32,000 nucleotides of DNA from Nitrosospira multiformis ATCC 25196 (GCF_000196355.1 NC_007614.1:3060001-3092000), one strand, 5' to 3'. Numbered from the stretch's first letter, positions 15,151-24,964 are shown. Numbers and translations are program-made. The notes: generated by a model from the letters alone, not told the origin.

Positions 15151-15169
15151 TTGTCATAAAACTGTTACA
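15151..15169 (+). promoter_or_regulatory. Pho-box-like site (TTGTCAT-AAAA-CTGTTAC)
   Basis: Two 7-bp direct repeats separated by 4 A/T bp, compared with the enterobacterial consensus CTGTCAT-A(A/T)A(A/T)-CTGTCA(C/T). It lies 79-97 bp upstream of an OprO/OprP-family porin start codon. Confidence 0.5.
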
Positions 15170-15247
15170 AAACCGCAATGAAGCAGACATCTGTCGGAAT
15201 TATTCTCCCCTCGGTTTTTATCAAACATCCAAAAAGAGAATACACCG

Positions 15248-16927
15248 ATGAAATTACGCAAGCTTACACTGGCACTCGCCACCGTCCTGGGTTCAAGCTT
15301 ATCGTCCGCAGCTTTCGCCCTTGATCTTTATGTCGATACCAAAACCGAGCAAATTTATGCGAAACCGGGGCCCGGCCGTGTGCACATCGGTTCTTTCGTC
15401 AGGGAAGAGGATGCTGGGACAAAAACCGCCGGTAAAACCAGTAAAACCGCTGATGCGTCGGTGGAAAGCCCCGATAGCCGGATAGCGGAGAGGGCAACCG
15501 AAAAAACAGATCCGGCAGAACTGATGGCAGCCCGCAGGGACATCGAAATGAAGGCGAAGATGCGTGAAGCGCGGCTCGCCAGCGATTTGGCATCACTGGA
15601 AGAGCGGGTCAAGCAAACTGAAAAAACCAGGATGAAGTATGGACCCGGATTGCATTTTGAAAGTGCTGATGGCAACTTTACTGCCGAGGTCGATGGACGC
15701 CTGCAAGCCGACTCGCAATATAATATTACCAATGACGTCTTGCCGCCCGCACCCAATGATCGCCCTTATGAACTGAACAGTGGCGCCAATATCCGGCGCG
15801 CCCGTCTTGGCGTGGAAGGCACGATGTTCAAAAAATGGGACTACAAGTTCGAGTTCGACTTCAGCCGCGGAAACGGATCGGTGACATCGGGAATCACGGA
15901 CGCATTCATCCGTTATAACTTCGATAGTCCGCTATCAGTAAAGGTAGGGTCGTTCAAGGAGCCATTCAGCCTGGAGGAAGCGACCAGTAACCGCTTCCTG
16001 ACGTTTATCGAACGGAATATGGCCGTGAACACATTTCTCGATAATCCCAACGTCTACAAGACCGGGATAGGCGTCAACTATGCCGTGCCGCGCTGGCAAA
16101 CCGGAATCTCCTTCCAGACCGAGCCGGTGGGAAGCTGGTCCAGCGCCTCGACGTCAGTCAATCCCAATGGCAACAACAGCCGCAATAATGGCTCGGGGGA
16201 CACCAGCTGGGAAGGAGTCGGCCGTATTTCCGGCAGACCCTGGATGGAGAGCGAGACCAAGTTCTGGCATGTAGGAGCCTCAGCAGCGTATACTCGGGTC
16301 AACACCCAATACGAAGGAGATGGCGACTTCGCCAATGGCGGAATGAGTTTCGCATCTTTTCCCGGCGCCAATGTGGACCGAACCAATGTGCTGAACACGG
16401 GCAACCTGAGTTTCGGCAACAAGAACGACCTGAACTCGCGGCGGGTGGAAAGCTATACTCGCTGGGGTGCGGAAACTGCCCTGGTCTATGGTCCGTTCTC
16501 TGCGCAGGGAGAGTATCTGCAAACCCATGTAAACGGCCATGGCTACAGCGGGGAATCGCTGTTCGGCTTCTACGGTTACTTAAGCTATTTCCTGACTGGC
16601 GAATCCCGTGTTTACCACGTCAAGAATGGGGCATGGAACAGAATAAAGCCTTTCCAGAATTTTCAGCTCACCGGTCCGGGCTGGGGAGCCTGGGAAATTG
16701 CCGCTGGATACGATTACATGAACATGAATGACGGAGCCATCAGGGGTGGAAAGGCGAACCTCATCAAGTTTGGGCTGAACTGGTACCCTCATTCCAATAT
16801 TCGTGTCATGACCAATTATATCCATGTTCTCGATATAAATACTGCGGGCGTGGCGGACCGCCGCAGTGCCGGATTTAACAATGCCAATCTCGATATGTGG
16901 CTGACACGCTTTCAGGTGGATTTTTAA
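15248..16927 (+). CDS. phosphate/polyphosphate-selective porin O/P family outer-membrane protein with ~120-aa N-terminal extension
   Basis: Signal peptide ending AAFA. Blocks resemble P. aeruginosa OprP: FTAEVDGRLQADSQY, IRRARLGVEGTMFKKWDYKFEFDFS, VKVGSFKEPFSLEEATSNRFLTFIERN, GLNWYPHSNIRVMTNYI, and a C-terminal RFQVDF. Confidence 0.9.
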   Translation: MKLRKLTLALATVLGSSLSSAAFALDLYVDTKTEQIYAKPGPGRVHIGSFVREEDAGTKTAGKTSKTADASVESPDSRIAERATEKTDPAELMAARRDIEMKAKMREARLASDLASLEERVKQTEKTRMKYGPGLHFESADGNFTAEVDGRLQADSQYNITNDVLPPAPNDRPYELNSGANIRRARLGVEGTMFKKWDYKFEFDFSRGNGSVTSGITDAFIRYNFDSPLSVKVGSFKEPFSLEEATSNRFLTFIERNMAVNTFLDNPNVYKTGIGVNYAVPRWQTGISFQTEPVGSWSSASTSVNPNGNNSRNNGSGDTSWEGVGRISGRPWMESETKFWHVGASAAYTRVNTQYEGDGDFANGGMSFASFPGANVDRTNVLNTGNLSFGNKNDLNSRRVESYTRWGAETALVYGPFSAQGEYLQTHVNGHGYSGESLFGFYGYLSYFLTGESRVYHVKNGAWNRIKPFQNFQLTGPGWGAWEIAAGYDYMNMNDGAIRGGKANLIKFGLNWYPHSNIRVMTNYIHVLDINTAGVADRRSAGFNNANLDMWLTRFQVDF

Positions 16928-16974
16928 GGCTGCCAGAAAATACAGGGACGCAATAGCGCGGGCGCCAGGCAAGG

Positions 16975-17007
16975 GGCATTTCCTTAACTGATCAAGGCGG
17001 AAATGCC
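16975..17007. terminator. stem-loop between convergent genes (9-bp stem GGCATTTCC / GGAAATGCC, 15-nt loop)
   Basis: Read directly. It lies between the porin stop (16927) and the DUF748 stop (17023). There is no U-tract on either side, so intrinsic-terminator function is uncertain. Confidence 0.3.
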
Positions 17008-17022
17008 GCTTCTGCCGAGGGC

Positions 17023-20000
17023 TTACCTGAGCGAGAACTCCACGCGATTGCCCGCCTTCTCGCGGTTCGTCCCTGCTTCAACTTTCGGTGAAAGTACGAA
17101 AATTCGAGCATCAGGAATTTTTCCCTGCTGAATCAGCCAGTCCCGTGCACTCACCGCCCGGCTTTCGGCAAGCTCCTGTAGTTCTGCATCCCCCGCGTCG
17201 ATATTGGCAAGCATCAGCTTCTCCATCTCTTCCGCAGGCAGGCTTTTTGACAGGCCGATGAAATTTTTCGGCTTCTCGAACTTGGCATCCTTGTAAACCT
17301 GCTCCAGGTATTTTTCATATTCCTCCGGTGTCACTGTTACATCTTCCAGAGAATCATAAGATTTTCCTTTTTTGATATCCGCTGACAATTTCTCCGCCTT
17401 GATTTTGCGTTCAAGTACACGCCGTTTCAAAGGCTCCGGATCAATCGAAGCGTCGGCATGACCGGTGACCTCGAGATTGAGCGCTGGCCGATCTGTCAGT
17501 GCCTGGGCTAACTTCTGGAGTCTTTCTTCTGCCTCTGGCGGAATCTTTACCTCGCCCGCGGTAAAATTGATCTCCGATAGCTCTTCTCCCCCGAAAAGCG
17601 ATCCGAGCACCGTGAAAGGTGCCGTGGCTGCTTTGGTCAGCAAATTGAGGATTGCTTTGACAATTATGCCTCCCAGGCTGAATTTCGGATCGTTGATGGA
17701 ACCGCTTATAGGGAGACGAATATCTATTTCTCCGCGTCGGTTTTTTAGCAGCGCCAATGCGAGGTTGACCGGAATCGAGACTGCATCCGGACTTTCAATT
17801 TTCTCACCGAAAGTCAATTGATCCAGGAAGATGCTGTTTTCCGCTGTTAATTCGCCGTGTTCAACATGATAGTGGACGTCGACCGATAGTTTGCCTTTCT
17901 CGATTGCGTATCCGATATATTTCCCGGAATAGGGGCTGAACGTAGGCATATCGATACCTTTGGCCGAGGCTGTAATATCAAGGTTGAGTTCTCTGCCGAA
18001 GGCATCGACCGACCCGCTGATTTTCAATGGCGCCGTTTTATCTACCGCGCCCCGAATATCCACTTCCCCGGTTTTCCGGGGATTGAGCGGTCCTATGCGT
18101 CCCGCCAGATCGGTCAAGTAGGCGCGATAGTTGGGCTGAATGAACTGGTCCTGAAAATTGACGTGCCCTCCCTGCATCACGATACGACCTATGCTGATGG
18201 GTAGATTCTTGCGCGGAGGGGGCTGTGAAGGAACGGGCGCAGCTGGCGATATTTCAGGAGATGCGCGCGCCGGTTCCGGCTCGGTTGCCGGCGCAGCAGC
18301 AGCCTGGGAGGGAGAAACTGCTGTTTCCTCCTGCCGCACGATGTATTTGAGATTCAACTCGCCTTGAGGAGTAATGACGACATGGGCAAAAAAGTCAGTA
18401 AGCGTGATCGCAGCGGCATTGATGCTGAGAGGTTCATTGGCAAACTCGATACCCTTGATATCGACACTTCGCCAACGCATGAGGTTGGTGGCGTCCGCCT
18501 TGTCCAGCATGTTGAAATTAGTGAGCCTCCCATCGCCGCGCACCGCCACTTTTAGCGGCGATGCCTTTTCTCCCCGTGCCCGTTCAGGTCGCTCCTGCCC
18601 CTTGCCCCCATCCGCTTTGATCTTGCCGCGGAAGGATAATGCGCCGCGCGAGAACAGCACATTCAACCGGTCTCCAGCCCAGCCTTGCAATGCAACAAGA
18701 TCGACATCCTTGGCATTGACTGCGAGGTCCGCGGCGACCGGTGCCCAGGCAAGGCTACCTTTTGTTTCCAGGCTGCCTGTTTTGTTTACTTCTGCCTTGA
18801 GCTCGAGCTGGGAGGGTGTTGCGCCGCTGAAGTCGATCTGATTGACCGCCAGATCCAGGGTATTGACCACCATGGGAGCTACGTCCGGCAAAGTGGCATC
18901 TTCAAAGCGCAGCGCGGCATCCGCCAGCTTGAAGCTTCCAAGTTTTACCGTCCATGGCTTGCCTGAATCCGCTTTGGGAGAAGGAGGGGTAGAGGATTGC
19001 GATGCCTTTTCCGCCCTGTTTATCGGGGTAATCGGGGTAAAAAGCTTGGCAAGATCGAGCCGGCCATCTTTATGGCGGCGCAATGAGACATTGAAGCGAT
19101 CCAGAGTTGCAGCGCGGAGGCTAACATTCTTCTGGCGGATGTCGACCACGATCTCCTCCAGGGCAAGCTTCGGCAGACTGAGTGTGGGCTCAGCGCTCCC
19201 CTCCGGCGTCACCGCAATTTCCGTCAGGACTATGGCAGCTCGCGAAGACTTCACTGCATTCAGGTTTATTTCAGTCAATTGGACGTTGAATTCGCCCAGT
19301 GTGGCAGCATAGGGCGCCTCCACCGAATGATTCTCGACTTTCAGCTTCTTTAAGGCGGCATTGCCTGTGAGAACCAGGGCAGGCGATTGGCCGTCGACCT
19401 GGGTAAACGTCAACAAGAGTTCGCTGTCAACATACCCGGAGAGAAGGTGAATACCGACTGGAATGGGGGAATACTCATCTATGCGCGTCAGATCGACATC
19501 GCTCAACCTGATCTCAAGGGTCGCTTCACGGTTTGTGGTGAAAGGCCGCAGCTTCCCGGTGAGATTGAACGGGGCACCGTTCACCTTGGCGCTGAAGCGC
19601 GGTTCTACCCATGTTTCCTCCGCACTTTCGAAATTGGCGATGAAAGGCACACCGATTTGAATGTCGGATATCTCCTGCTGACTTTTTTTCACATGGTCGA
19701 CGAATTCGAAGCGGCCGTCTTCAATAACAATATTCCGTACCGAGAACATGCTCTTGCCGCCTTCCTCCTCTTCTCTCGGCCGTTTCATGAAGTCTTCTAT
19801 CAGATCGGTGATATTGAACTGCTGCTGCGCTTCGCGAACGAGACGCATAGCCGGCCCTTTGAGCGAAACCGAACTGATCACGGGCGCACGATGGGCAATA
19901 GAGGCAATACTCAGGTCCAGGTAAAGTTCATCAAAGGAAAAAAGATTCTTGTCTGCGTCTACGCTTGTCTCTTTTTCGCCTATTCGAAAACCACGAATTG

Positions 20001-20220
20001 TCAATTCCAGCGTATAGGGCTGAATGTCGATCGACTGTACAGTAACGGGGCGGTGCAGAACCTCCGATAAAGCTTCTTCCAGCTTTGCCTTGGCATATCC
20101 GGGCAACCAGAAATAGCTGAGCAGACCAAACAGGATAATTATCCCGGCGAAAACGCTCAGACCGATCAGGAAACGGCGATGGCGGATGAAGCGATGCAAG
20201 AACGTTGTGAGGGAAGACAT
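17023..20220 (-). CDS. large DUF748-type (AsmA-like) envelope protein with OmpA-like C-terminal region
   Basis: 1065 aa with an N-terminal membrane anchor (FLIGLSVFAGIIILFGLLSYFWL) and repeated beta-rich DUF748-like segments. A Pro/Ala-rich linker spans 18208-18321. The C-terminus has INFTAGEVKIPPEAEERLQKLAQALTDRPALNLEVTGHADAS ... LAESRAVSARDWLIQQGKIPDARIFV, which resembles a split OmpA_C motif. Confidence 0.8.
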   Translation of the reverse strand: MSSLTTFLHRFIRHRRFLIGLSVFAGIIILFGLLSYFWLPGYAKAKLEEALSEVLHRPVTVQSIDIQPYTLELTIRGFRIGEKETSVDADKNLFSFDELYLDLSIASIAHRAPVISSVSLKGPAMRLVREAQQQFNITDLIEDFMKRPREEEEGGKSMFSVRNIVIEDGRFEFVDHVKKSQQEISDIQIGVPFIANFESAEETWVEPRFSAKVNGAPFNLTGKLRPFTTNREATLEIRLSDVDLTRIDEYSPIPVGIHLLSGYVDSELLLTFTQVDGQSPALVLTGNAALKKLKVENHSVEAPYAATLGEFNVQLTEINLNAVKSSRAAIVLTEIAVTPEGSAEPTLSLPKLALEEIVVDIRQKNVSLRAATLDRFNVSLRRHKDGRLDLAKLFTPITPINRAEKASQSSTPPSPKADSGKPWTVKLGSFKLADAALRFEDATLPDVAPMVVNTLDLAVNQIDFSGATPSQLELKAEVNKTGSLETKGSLAWAPVAADLAVNAKDVDLVALQGWAGDRLNVLFSRGALSFRGKIKADGGKGQERPERARGEKASPLKVAVRGDGRLTNFNMLDKADATNLMRWRSVDIKGIEFANEPLSINAAAITLTDFFAHVVITPQGELNLKYIVRQEETAVSPSQAAAAPATEPEPARASPEISPAAPVPSQPPPRKNLPISIGRIVMQGGHVNFQDQFIQPNYRAYLTDLAGRIGPLNPRKTGEVDIRGAVDKTAPLKISGSVDAFGRELNLDITASAKGIDMPTFSPYSGKYIGYAIEKGKLSVDVHYHVEHGELTAENSIFLDQLTFGEKIESPDAVSIPVNLALALLKNRRGEIDIRLPISGSINDPKFSLGGIIVKAILNLLTKAATAPFTVLGSLFGGEELSEINFTAGEVKIPPEAEERLQKLAQALTDRPALNLEVTGHADASIDPEPLKRRVLERKIKAEKLSADIKKGKSYDSLEDVTVTPEEYEKYLEQVYKDAKFEKPKNFIGLSKSLPAEEMEKLMLANIDAGDAELQELAESRAVSARDWLIQQGKIPDARIFVLSPKVEAGTNREKAGNRVEFSLR

Positions 20221-20360
20221 GAATGAGAGTTTTCGGAAAGTAGCTGCCCGGCGCGCAAAAGGGTAAAAGGGTGTAGAGGCTTCAATCTCTCTTGTACATG
20301 AACTTCTTTCTATGCATGACTTTACGCTGCGCAGAAAAACGGGTCAATTCCAACCGGAAG

Positions 20361-20732
20361 TCATCGCGATGAGCGGCGGGGCTGCGGCGGAATGAGGCGG
20401 AAAGTAATGACCACCAGGAGCGCGAACAACACATACGCTACCAGAAATACCCATTCCGGAAGATCATGGAAGAGGACGAGGTGCAGCCAGCGCTCGATGA
20501 AACCTGTTTCGGTTGCCCTTCCACGCAACGCATCTTCCAGCCATGTCAGGGGACATACCACGCCAAGAAGGGACTCGGCGGTAACGTACAGGATAGCGGC
20601 AAGATGGGCAAACCGGAACCTTCGATTTCGTACAAAGCTCGCCCCTATCCAGTTACCCAGCCAGATCAGTGGCAGACCGCCGACGACAAACAGCACGAAC
20701 AGAAAATGAATGACTAGGATGATATCGGCCAT
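20361..20732 (-). CDS. DUF2784-family small membrane protein
   Basis: 123 aa with 3-4 TM helices. HFLFVLFVVGG...VCPLTWLEDALR...GFIERWLH fits the DUF2784 pattern (from memory). Confidence 0.65.
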   Translation of the reverse strand: MADIILVIHFLFVLFVVGGLPLIWLGNWIGASFVRNRRFRFAHLAAILYVTAESLLGVVCPLTWLEDALRGRATETGFIERWLHLVLFHDLPEWVFLVAYVLFALLVVITFRLIPPQPRRSSR

Positions 20733-20863
20733 CTGTCGAGCAGGTTTGTGGATTGATCCGCTCCCCGAAATAACAAAAGAATAAACATATTCTATTAGGT
20801 TATTTCTGGATATTCATGCCTGTCGGTATAGTGTTGCGCTTATAGAAGAGACAGGAATAAGGT

Positions 20864-21841
20864 ATGAAGATTCGCAACCTGGATCTGTCAGGCAACCCGA
20901 TCAATATCGAACATCAGCAATTGGGAATTCCTCCCGTCGAGGAACCTGTCTCCCATCCCGGCACTCACCCGCTCCTTCACGCGGCGGCCTGGTTCGCCGT
21001 GGCAGTGTTGATCTTATTGATCCTTTTTCTGGCCGCTCGTTTTTTTATTTCCAATAACTGGTTCGGGGGCTGGCAGATCATTGGCGAGACCTTGAGCAGC
21101 AGCATTTTCTGGAATGCTGCAATAGTCGGGTTCTTCGCCCAGGTCGTGGATGGCGCTCTGGGAATGGCTTATGGGGTGACAGCTACTACCTTTCTGCTTG
21201 CTTCGGGCGCCACACCCGGGGTTGCCAGCGCGAGCGTCCATATCGCCGAGATTTTTACCACCGGCGTTTCCGGCATTTCGCATGTCAAGTTCGGCAACGT
21301 GAACAAGGATTTGTTCGTCCGGTTGCTCGTGCCCGGCATCCTTGGCAGTATCCTGGGGGCGGTGCTGGTGACGCAGGTCGATGGCGCCCTGTTCAAGCCC
21401 TATGTTTCCGTGTATCTGTTGCTGCTGGGAATCTACATACTGAGCAAAGCGTTCCGGTCTTTGCGTCTGCGCAAGAATCCGCCGAAGCATGTCGGAAAGC
21501 TCGCCCTGTTTGGCGGATTCGTCGATGCGGCAGGCGGGGGGGGATGGGGACCGGTGGTAACCTCCACGCTGGTCAGTACGGGAAACGATCCCCGCACGAC
21601 CATAGGCTCCGTCAATTTCGCCGAATTCTTCCTGACCCTGACCGGCGCCGCAGTTTTCACCTTGCTGATGGAAACCAATACGTGGCCCATCATCGCGGGA
21701 TTGGTCTTCGGTGGTTTGTTCGCCGCGCCGTTTGCGGCAGTTCTATGCAAAAAACTGCACGCGAAGACCCTGCTCATACTGGTGGGTTCCCTGATCATGA
21801 TAACCAGTCTTTATAACGTATACAGGGCGCTCGGGGGCTAG
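20864..21841 (+). CDS. TauE/SafE (TSUP) family anion exporter/permease
   Basis: 325 aa and polytopic. It has duplicated 4-TM halves with VVDGALGMAYGV and FVDAAGGGGWGPV motifs typical of TSUP proteins. A ~45-aa N-terminal extension makes the start uncertain. Confidence 0.8.
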   Translation: MKIRNLDLSGNPINIEHQQLGIPPVEEPVSHPGTHPLLHAAAWFAVAVLILLILFLAARFFISNNWFGGWQIIGETLSSSIFWNAAIVGFFAQVVDGALGMAYGVTATTFLLASGATPGVASASVHIAEIFTTGVSGISHVKFGNVNKDLFVRLLVPGILGSILGAVLVTQVDGALFKPYVSVYLLLLGIYILSKAFRSLRLRKNPPKHVGKLALFGGFVDAAGGGGWGPVVTSTLVSTGNDPRTTIGSVNFAEFFLTLTGAAVFTLLMETNTWPIIAGLVFGGLFAAPFAAVLCKKLHAKTLLILVGSLIMITSLYNVYRALGG

Positions 21842-21876
21842 GGCAGAAGCTGGGAAATATAATCGAAATGCAATCT

Positions 21877-21899
21877 TCCACGCCTGCGGGGGATTTTTT
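21877..21899 (+). terminator. possible intrinsic terminator of the TSUP gene
   Basis: The sequence uccacgCCUGcgggga can fold as a ~6-bp stem with one mismatch and a 4-nt loop. TTTTTT (21894-21899) follows immediately, 36 nt after the stop codon. Confidence 0.4.
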
Positions 21900-21909
21900 C
21901 AGCGGTTTC

Positions 21910-22461
21910 CTAGAGTAAAGGCCCGATCATGGATTCGAGCTTGCTCTCACTCAATCGACCGAGTTTGCTACCGATCATTTTGCCGTTCCGGTCGATCACG
22001 ACGGTAAAAGGCAGTGCACCCTGGATGTTTCCCGCAGCGCCCGCGATCTGCATCGCTTTCATATCGCCCACGAGGACCGGATAATTGATGCCCATTTCCT
22101 TGCTGAATGCTGCCGCCCTTTCTTTCTGATCCACCGCAATACCTATGAAGACCAGTCCCTTATCACGAAATTTGTCCTGAAAGGAGATAAACTCGGGTAT
22201 TTCCTCGCGGCATGGCGCACACCAGCTCGCCCAGAAATTCACCACCATAACTTTTCCCCGCCACTGCGAAACCGGCTGGATATTTCCCTCGAGATCAGGA
22301 AAACTCGCCGCCAGTATCGCTTCGGCGCCTTTGGTAGCGACAGCGGCGTCCGGAGGAGATGCCACATCATTGCTCCCCAACTGGCCGCGCAATAAGACTC
22401 CTGCTGCCACCGCAAGTATGGCAACACCCGTGTACAACAATACCTGTCGCAATTTTGTCAT
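21910..22461 (-). CDS. TlpA/ResA-family periplasmic thiol:disulfide oxidoreductase
   Basis: N-terminal anchor and thioredoxin fold with WASWCAPCREE. It lies downstream of dsbD. Confidence 0.85.
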   Translation of the reverse strand: MTKLRQVLLYTGVAILAVAAGVLLRGQLGSNDVASPPDAAVATKGAEAILAASFPDLEGNIQPVSQWRGKVMVVNFWASWCAPCREEIPEFISFQDKFRDKGLVFIGIAVDQKERAAAFSKEMGINYPVLVGDMKAMQIAGAAGNIQGALPFTVVIDRNGKMIGSKLGRLSESKLESMIGPLL

Positions 22462-22571
22462 TGTTATTCCTGAGAAAAATAAGCTTCAAATCCTGACCCG
22501 GCCACCGCAACTCACGAGTTCGGTTGCCTGTGCGCACTCCGGATCAATTAAATTACGCTGCTGGGGGAAAG

Positions 22572-24536
22572 CTAGATCAGCACCGCGTTGAGTATCTTCA
22601 GAAAAGCAGGGGTATCCTGATAACCGATGATTTTGACGTTGGGAACTTGACGTCCCTCTTTGTCCATGAAGAGAATAGCCGGCGGCCCGAACAGCTTGAA
22701 GCGCTTGAGAAGCTCCATGTCCTCGGGCGTACCTGCTGTCACATCAACCTGCAGCAGCACAACGTCTTTCAATCGTGCCTGGACAGCTGGGTCGGTAAAG
22801 GTGAAACGCTCCATTTCCTTGCAGGAGACGCACCAGTCTGCATAAAAATCCAGCATTACGTATTTGTTTCTCGACTGGAGGATCTGCTGATTCAGTTCCG
22901 CTACCGACTTTACTCTCTGGAATGGCAAATGCTCGTTTGAGTTGAGACCGTCCTTTTTTGCCCCTTCCATGCCAGCCGCTGAAATATTCAGCTTTGAAAG
23001 AGGTTGCAGAATATCGCGGCTGCCGGAAAACACGCCGACGAGCAACGCGATGCCCGTCAGCAGGGCAATCATGCCTATCCCCTTGAGGAATTTCTGGGGA
23101 CCGGAAGCATCCGGCCGCAGCGGGTCAACCGCATGCAGGTAAATGGCCGACACGATCAGCAGGGCGGCCCATAGCAGCATGTGCACCACAGCAGGAATCA
23201 CCGGGGATATCAGCCATATTGCCACCCCCAGCAGCAATACCCCGAACGACTGCTTGACTCCTTCCATCCATGCACCTGCTTTCGGCAGGAGGGCGCCGGC
23301 GGAGGCGCCCAGCAACAGCAAGGGCAGGCCCATGCCCAGCGCCATGGCAAAGAGCGCCGAGCCTCCGAGCACTACATCCCGTGTCTGGCTGATGTACAGC
23401 AGCGCGCCCGCAAGAGGCGCTGCCACACACGGTCCGACAATCAGTGCGGACAAGGCGCCCATGCCGAATACACTCGTAAGGTGTCCCCCTTTGAGATGTC
23501 CAGCCTCTTCCGAAATCTTGCTCTGGAAAAAGGTGGGGAGCTGCAGCTCATAGAACCCGAACATGGAAAATGCGAGTGTTACAAAGATCAGCGCGAACGC
23601 GCCCAGTACCCAGGCATTCTGCAGGGTCGCCGACAGCATTGCTCCGGAGAGTCCCGCTGCGACCCCGGCGATAGCATAGGTAATGGCCATTCCGAGCACG
23701 TAGGCCAGGGCCAGGATGAATCCGCGCTGCTTGGTAACGTGCTGCCCCCCCTTGGCGATAATGCCGGATAGAATGGGGAACATGGGAAATACACAGGGAG
23801 TAAAGGAGAGGAGCAGGCCGATACCGAAGAAGCCGGTTAGAATCAGCCAGAAGTTGCCGGTCTGGAACATTCTCTCGATTTCCAACGATTCCGTCTCGAT
23901 GGCGGCCGAACCATCCTTCGACTGGAACAACTCGTCAGTTGCATCAAGGCGTTCTCCAGCGGAACCTGTTGCGGCGGATGCATCGGCGCTCATTGCATTG
24001 GCGACCGCTCCGGCCGCTGCCTTTGCAACCGGCAGCGTCAGATCGATTACCTTGCTTATGGGCGCATAGCAGACACCGATGGGCTCGTTGCAACCCTGAT
24101 AAGTGGCAACAAGCGTCAGCTTGTCGCCAGAGGGCGCGGTCCGCTTCAGGGAAATCAATGCTTCAAACGGCTCGTTAAAAACCTCGACCTCCCCAAAGGT
24201 CACATCGCTTTTCATCTCTCCCTGCGGGAGAGAGATGTTTTCGACAGTGGTTCCGGGGGTCTGCGGTTTGAACGCAACCTTATCCTTGTAAAGATAATAG
24301 TTCTTCGCCGGCTCGAACTGCGCCACAAGCGTATTTGCGTCCCGTGCCTTAACCTTCAGCTTGAAAGCCTCGTCAGGGGGCAGCAATTCCTGCTCCTCCT
24401 GATCCTGGCCCAAGGTCGAGCGCAGTTGCTGCAAACCCGAAAGAAATCCGGAAGTTTTTCCTTCTTCCGCAAAGACGCTGGTGCTGAAAAGGCAGAGAAA
24501 CAGCAGGGAATATCGGCTATATCGGTTCAGGGGCAT
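22572..24536 (-). CDS. dsbD: thiol:disulfide interchange protein DsbD
   Basis: 654 aa with a signal peptide, an N-terminal periplasmic domain, a central 8-TM core (SFTPCVFPM, GPCVAAPLAGAL) and a C-terminal thioredoxin domain FYADWCVSCKEME. The cutA-dsbD order matches E. coli. Confidence 0.9.
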   Translation of the reverse strand: MPLNRYSRYSLLFLCLFSTSVFAEEGKTSGFLSGLQQLRSTLGQDQEEQELLPPDEAFKLKVKARDANTLVAQFEPAKNYYLYKDKVAFKPQTPGTTVENISLPQGEMKSDVTFGEVEVFNEPFEALISLKRTAPSGDKLTLVATYQGCNEPIGVCYAPISKVIDLTLPVAKAAAGAVANAMSADASAATGSAGERLDATDELFQSKDGSAAIETESLEIERMFQTGNFWLILTGFFGIGLLLSFTPCVFPMFPILSGIIAKGGQHVTKQRGFILALAYVLGMAITYAIAGVAAGLSGAMLSATLQNAWVLGAFALIFVTLAFSMFGFYELQLPTFFQSKISEEAGHLKGGHLTSVFGMGALSALIVGPCVAAPLAGALLYISQTRDVVLGGSALFAMALGMGLPLLLLGASAGALLPKAGAWMEGVKQSFGVLLLGVAIWLISPVIPAVVHMLLWAALLIVSAIYLHAVDPLRPDASGPQKFLKGIGMIALLTGIALLVGVFSGSRDILQPLSKLNISAAGMEGAKKDGLNSNEHLPFQRVKSVAELNQQILQSRNKYVMLDFYADWCVSCKEMERFTFTDPAVQARLKDVVLLQVDVTAGTPEDMELLKRFKLFGPPAILFMDKEGRQVPNVKIIGYQDTPAFLKILNAVLI

Positions 24537-24552
24537 GACAACCAGATTCTCT

Positions 24553-24918
24553 TCAATTTTTATCCGGATTCGACGTTTCGCCGGAAATCCAATGCAGATA
24601 TGCGGGCAATCCGCTGCTTATTGGGACAGCAATGATTTCAGGGAGTTCGTAAGGGTGCATGGACTTTATCAGGCGCTCCACTGAAGAATAATGCTGCGCA
24701 ACCGTTTTAATAAAGACCGGTACCTCGACGCCGCTTTCCATTTTGCCTTGCCAGCGGTAGATGGAAGTGCATTCGCTCTGTATGTTGACGCACGCGGCCA
24801 AGCGCTCTTCGATCAGCTTGTGCGCAAGCAAGACCGCCCGCGCCTTGTCGGGAAGGCCGGTAACGACAAGTATGTATCCCGTTTCCGGAGCGGTGTAGGG
24901 TTGGAGCGGTTGGGACAT
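24553..24918 (-). CDS. cutA: divalent-cation tolerance protein CutA
   Basis: 121 aa. RLAACVNI...SIYRWQGK...HPYELPEI is the classical CutA1 pattern. Confidence 0.9.
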   Translation of the reverse strand: MSQPLQPYTAPETGYILVVTGLPDKARAVLLAHKLIEERLAACVNIQSECTSIYRWQGKMESGVEVPVFIKTVAQHYSSVERLIKSMHPYELPEIIAVPISSGLPAYLHWISGETSNPDKN

Positions 24919-24964
24919 CTGCTTGCTTCCATCGAAAATGGACCTATTTTACCTGTTTTACGGT

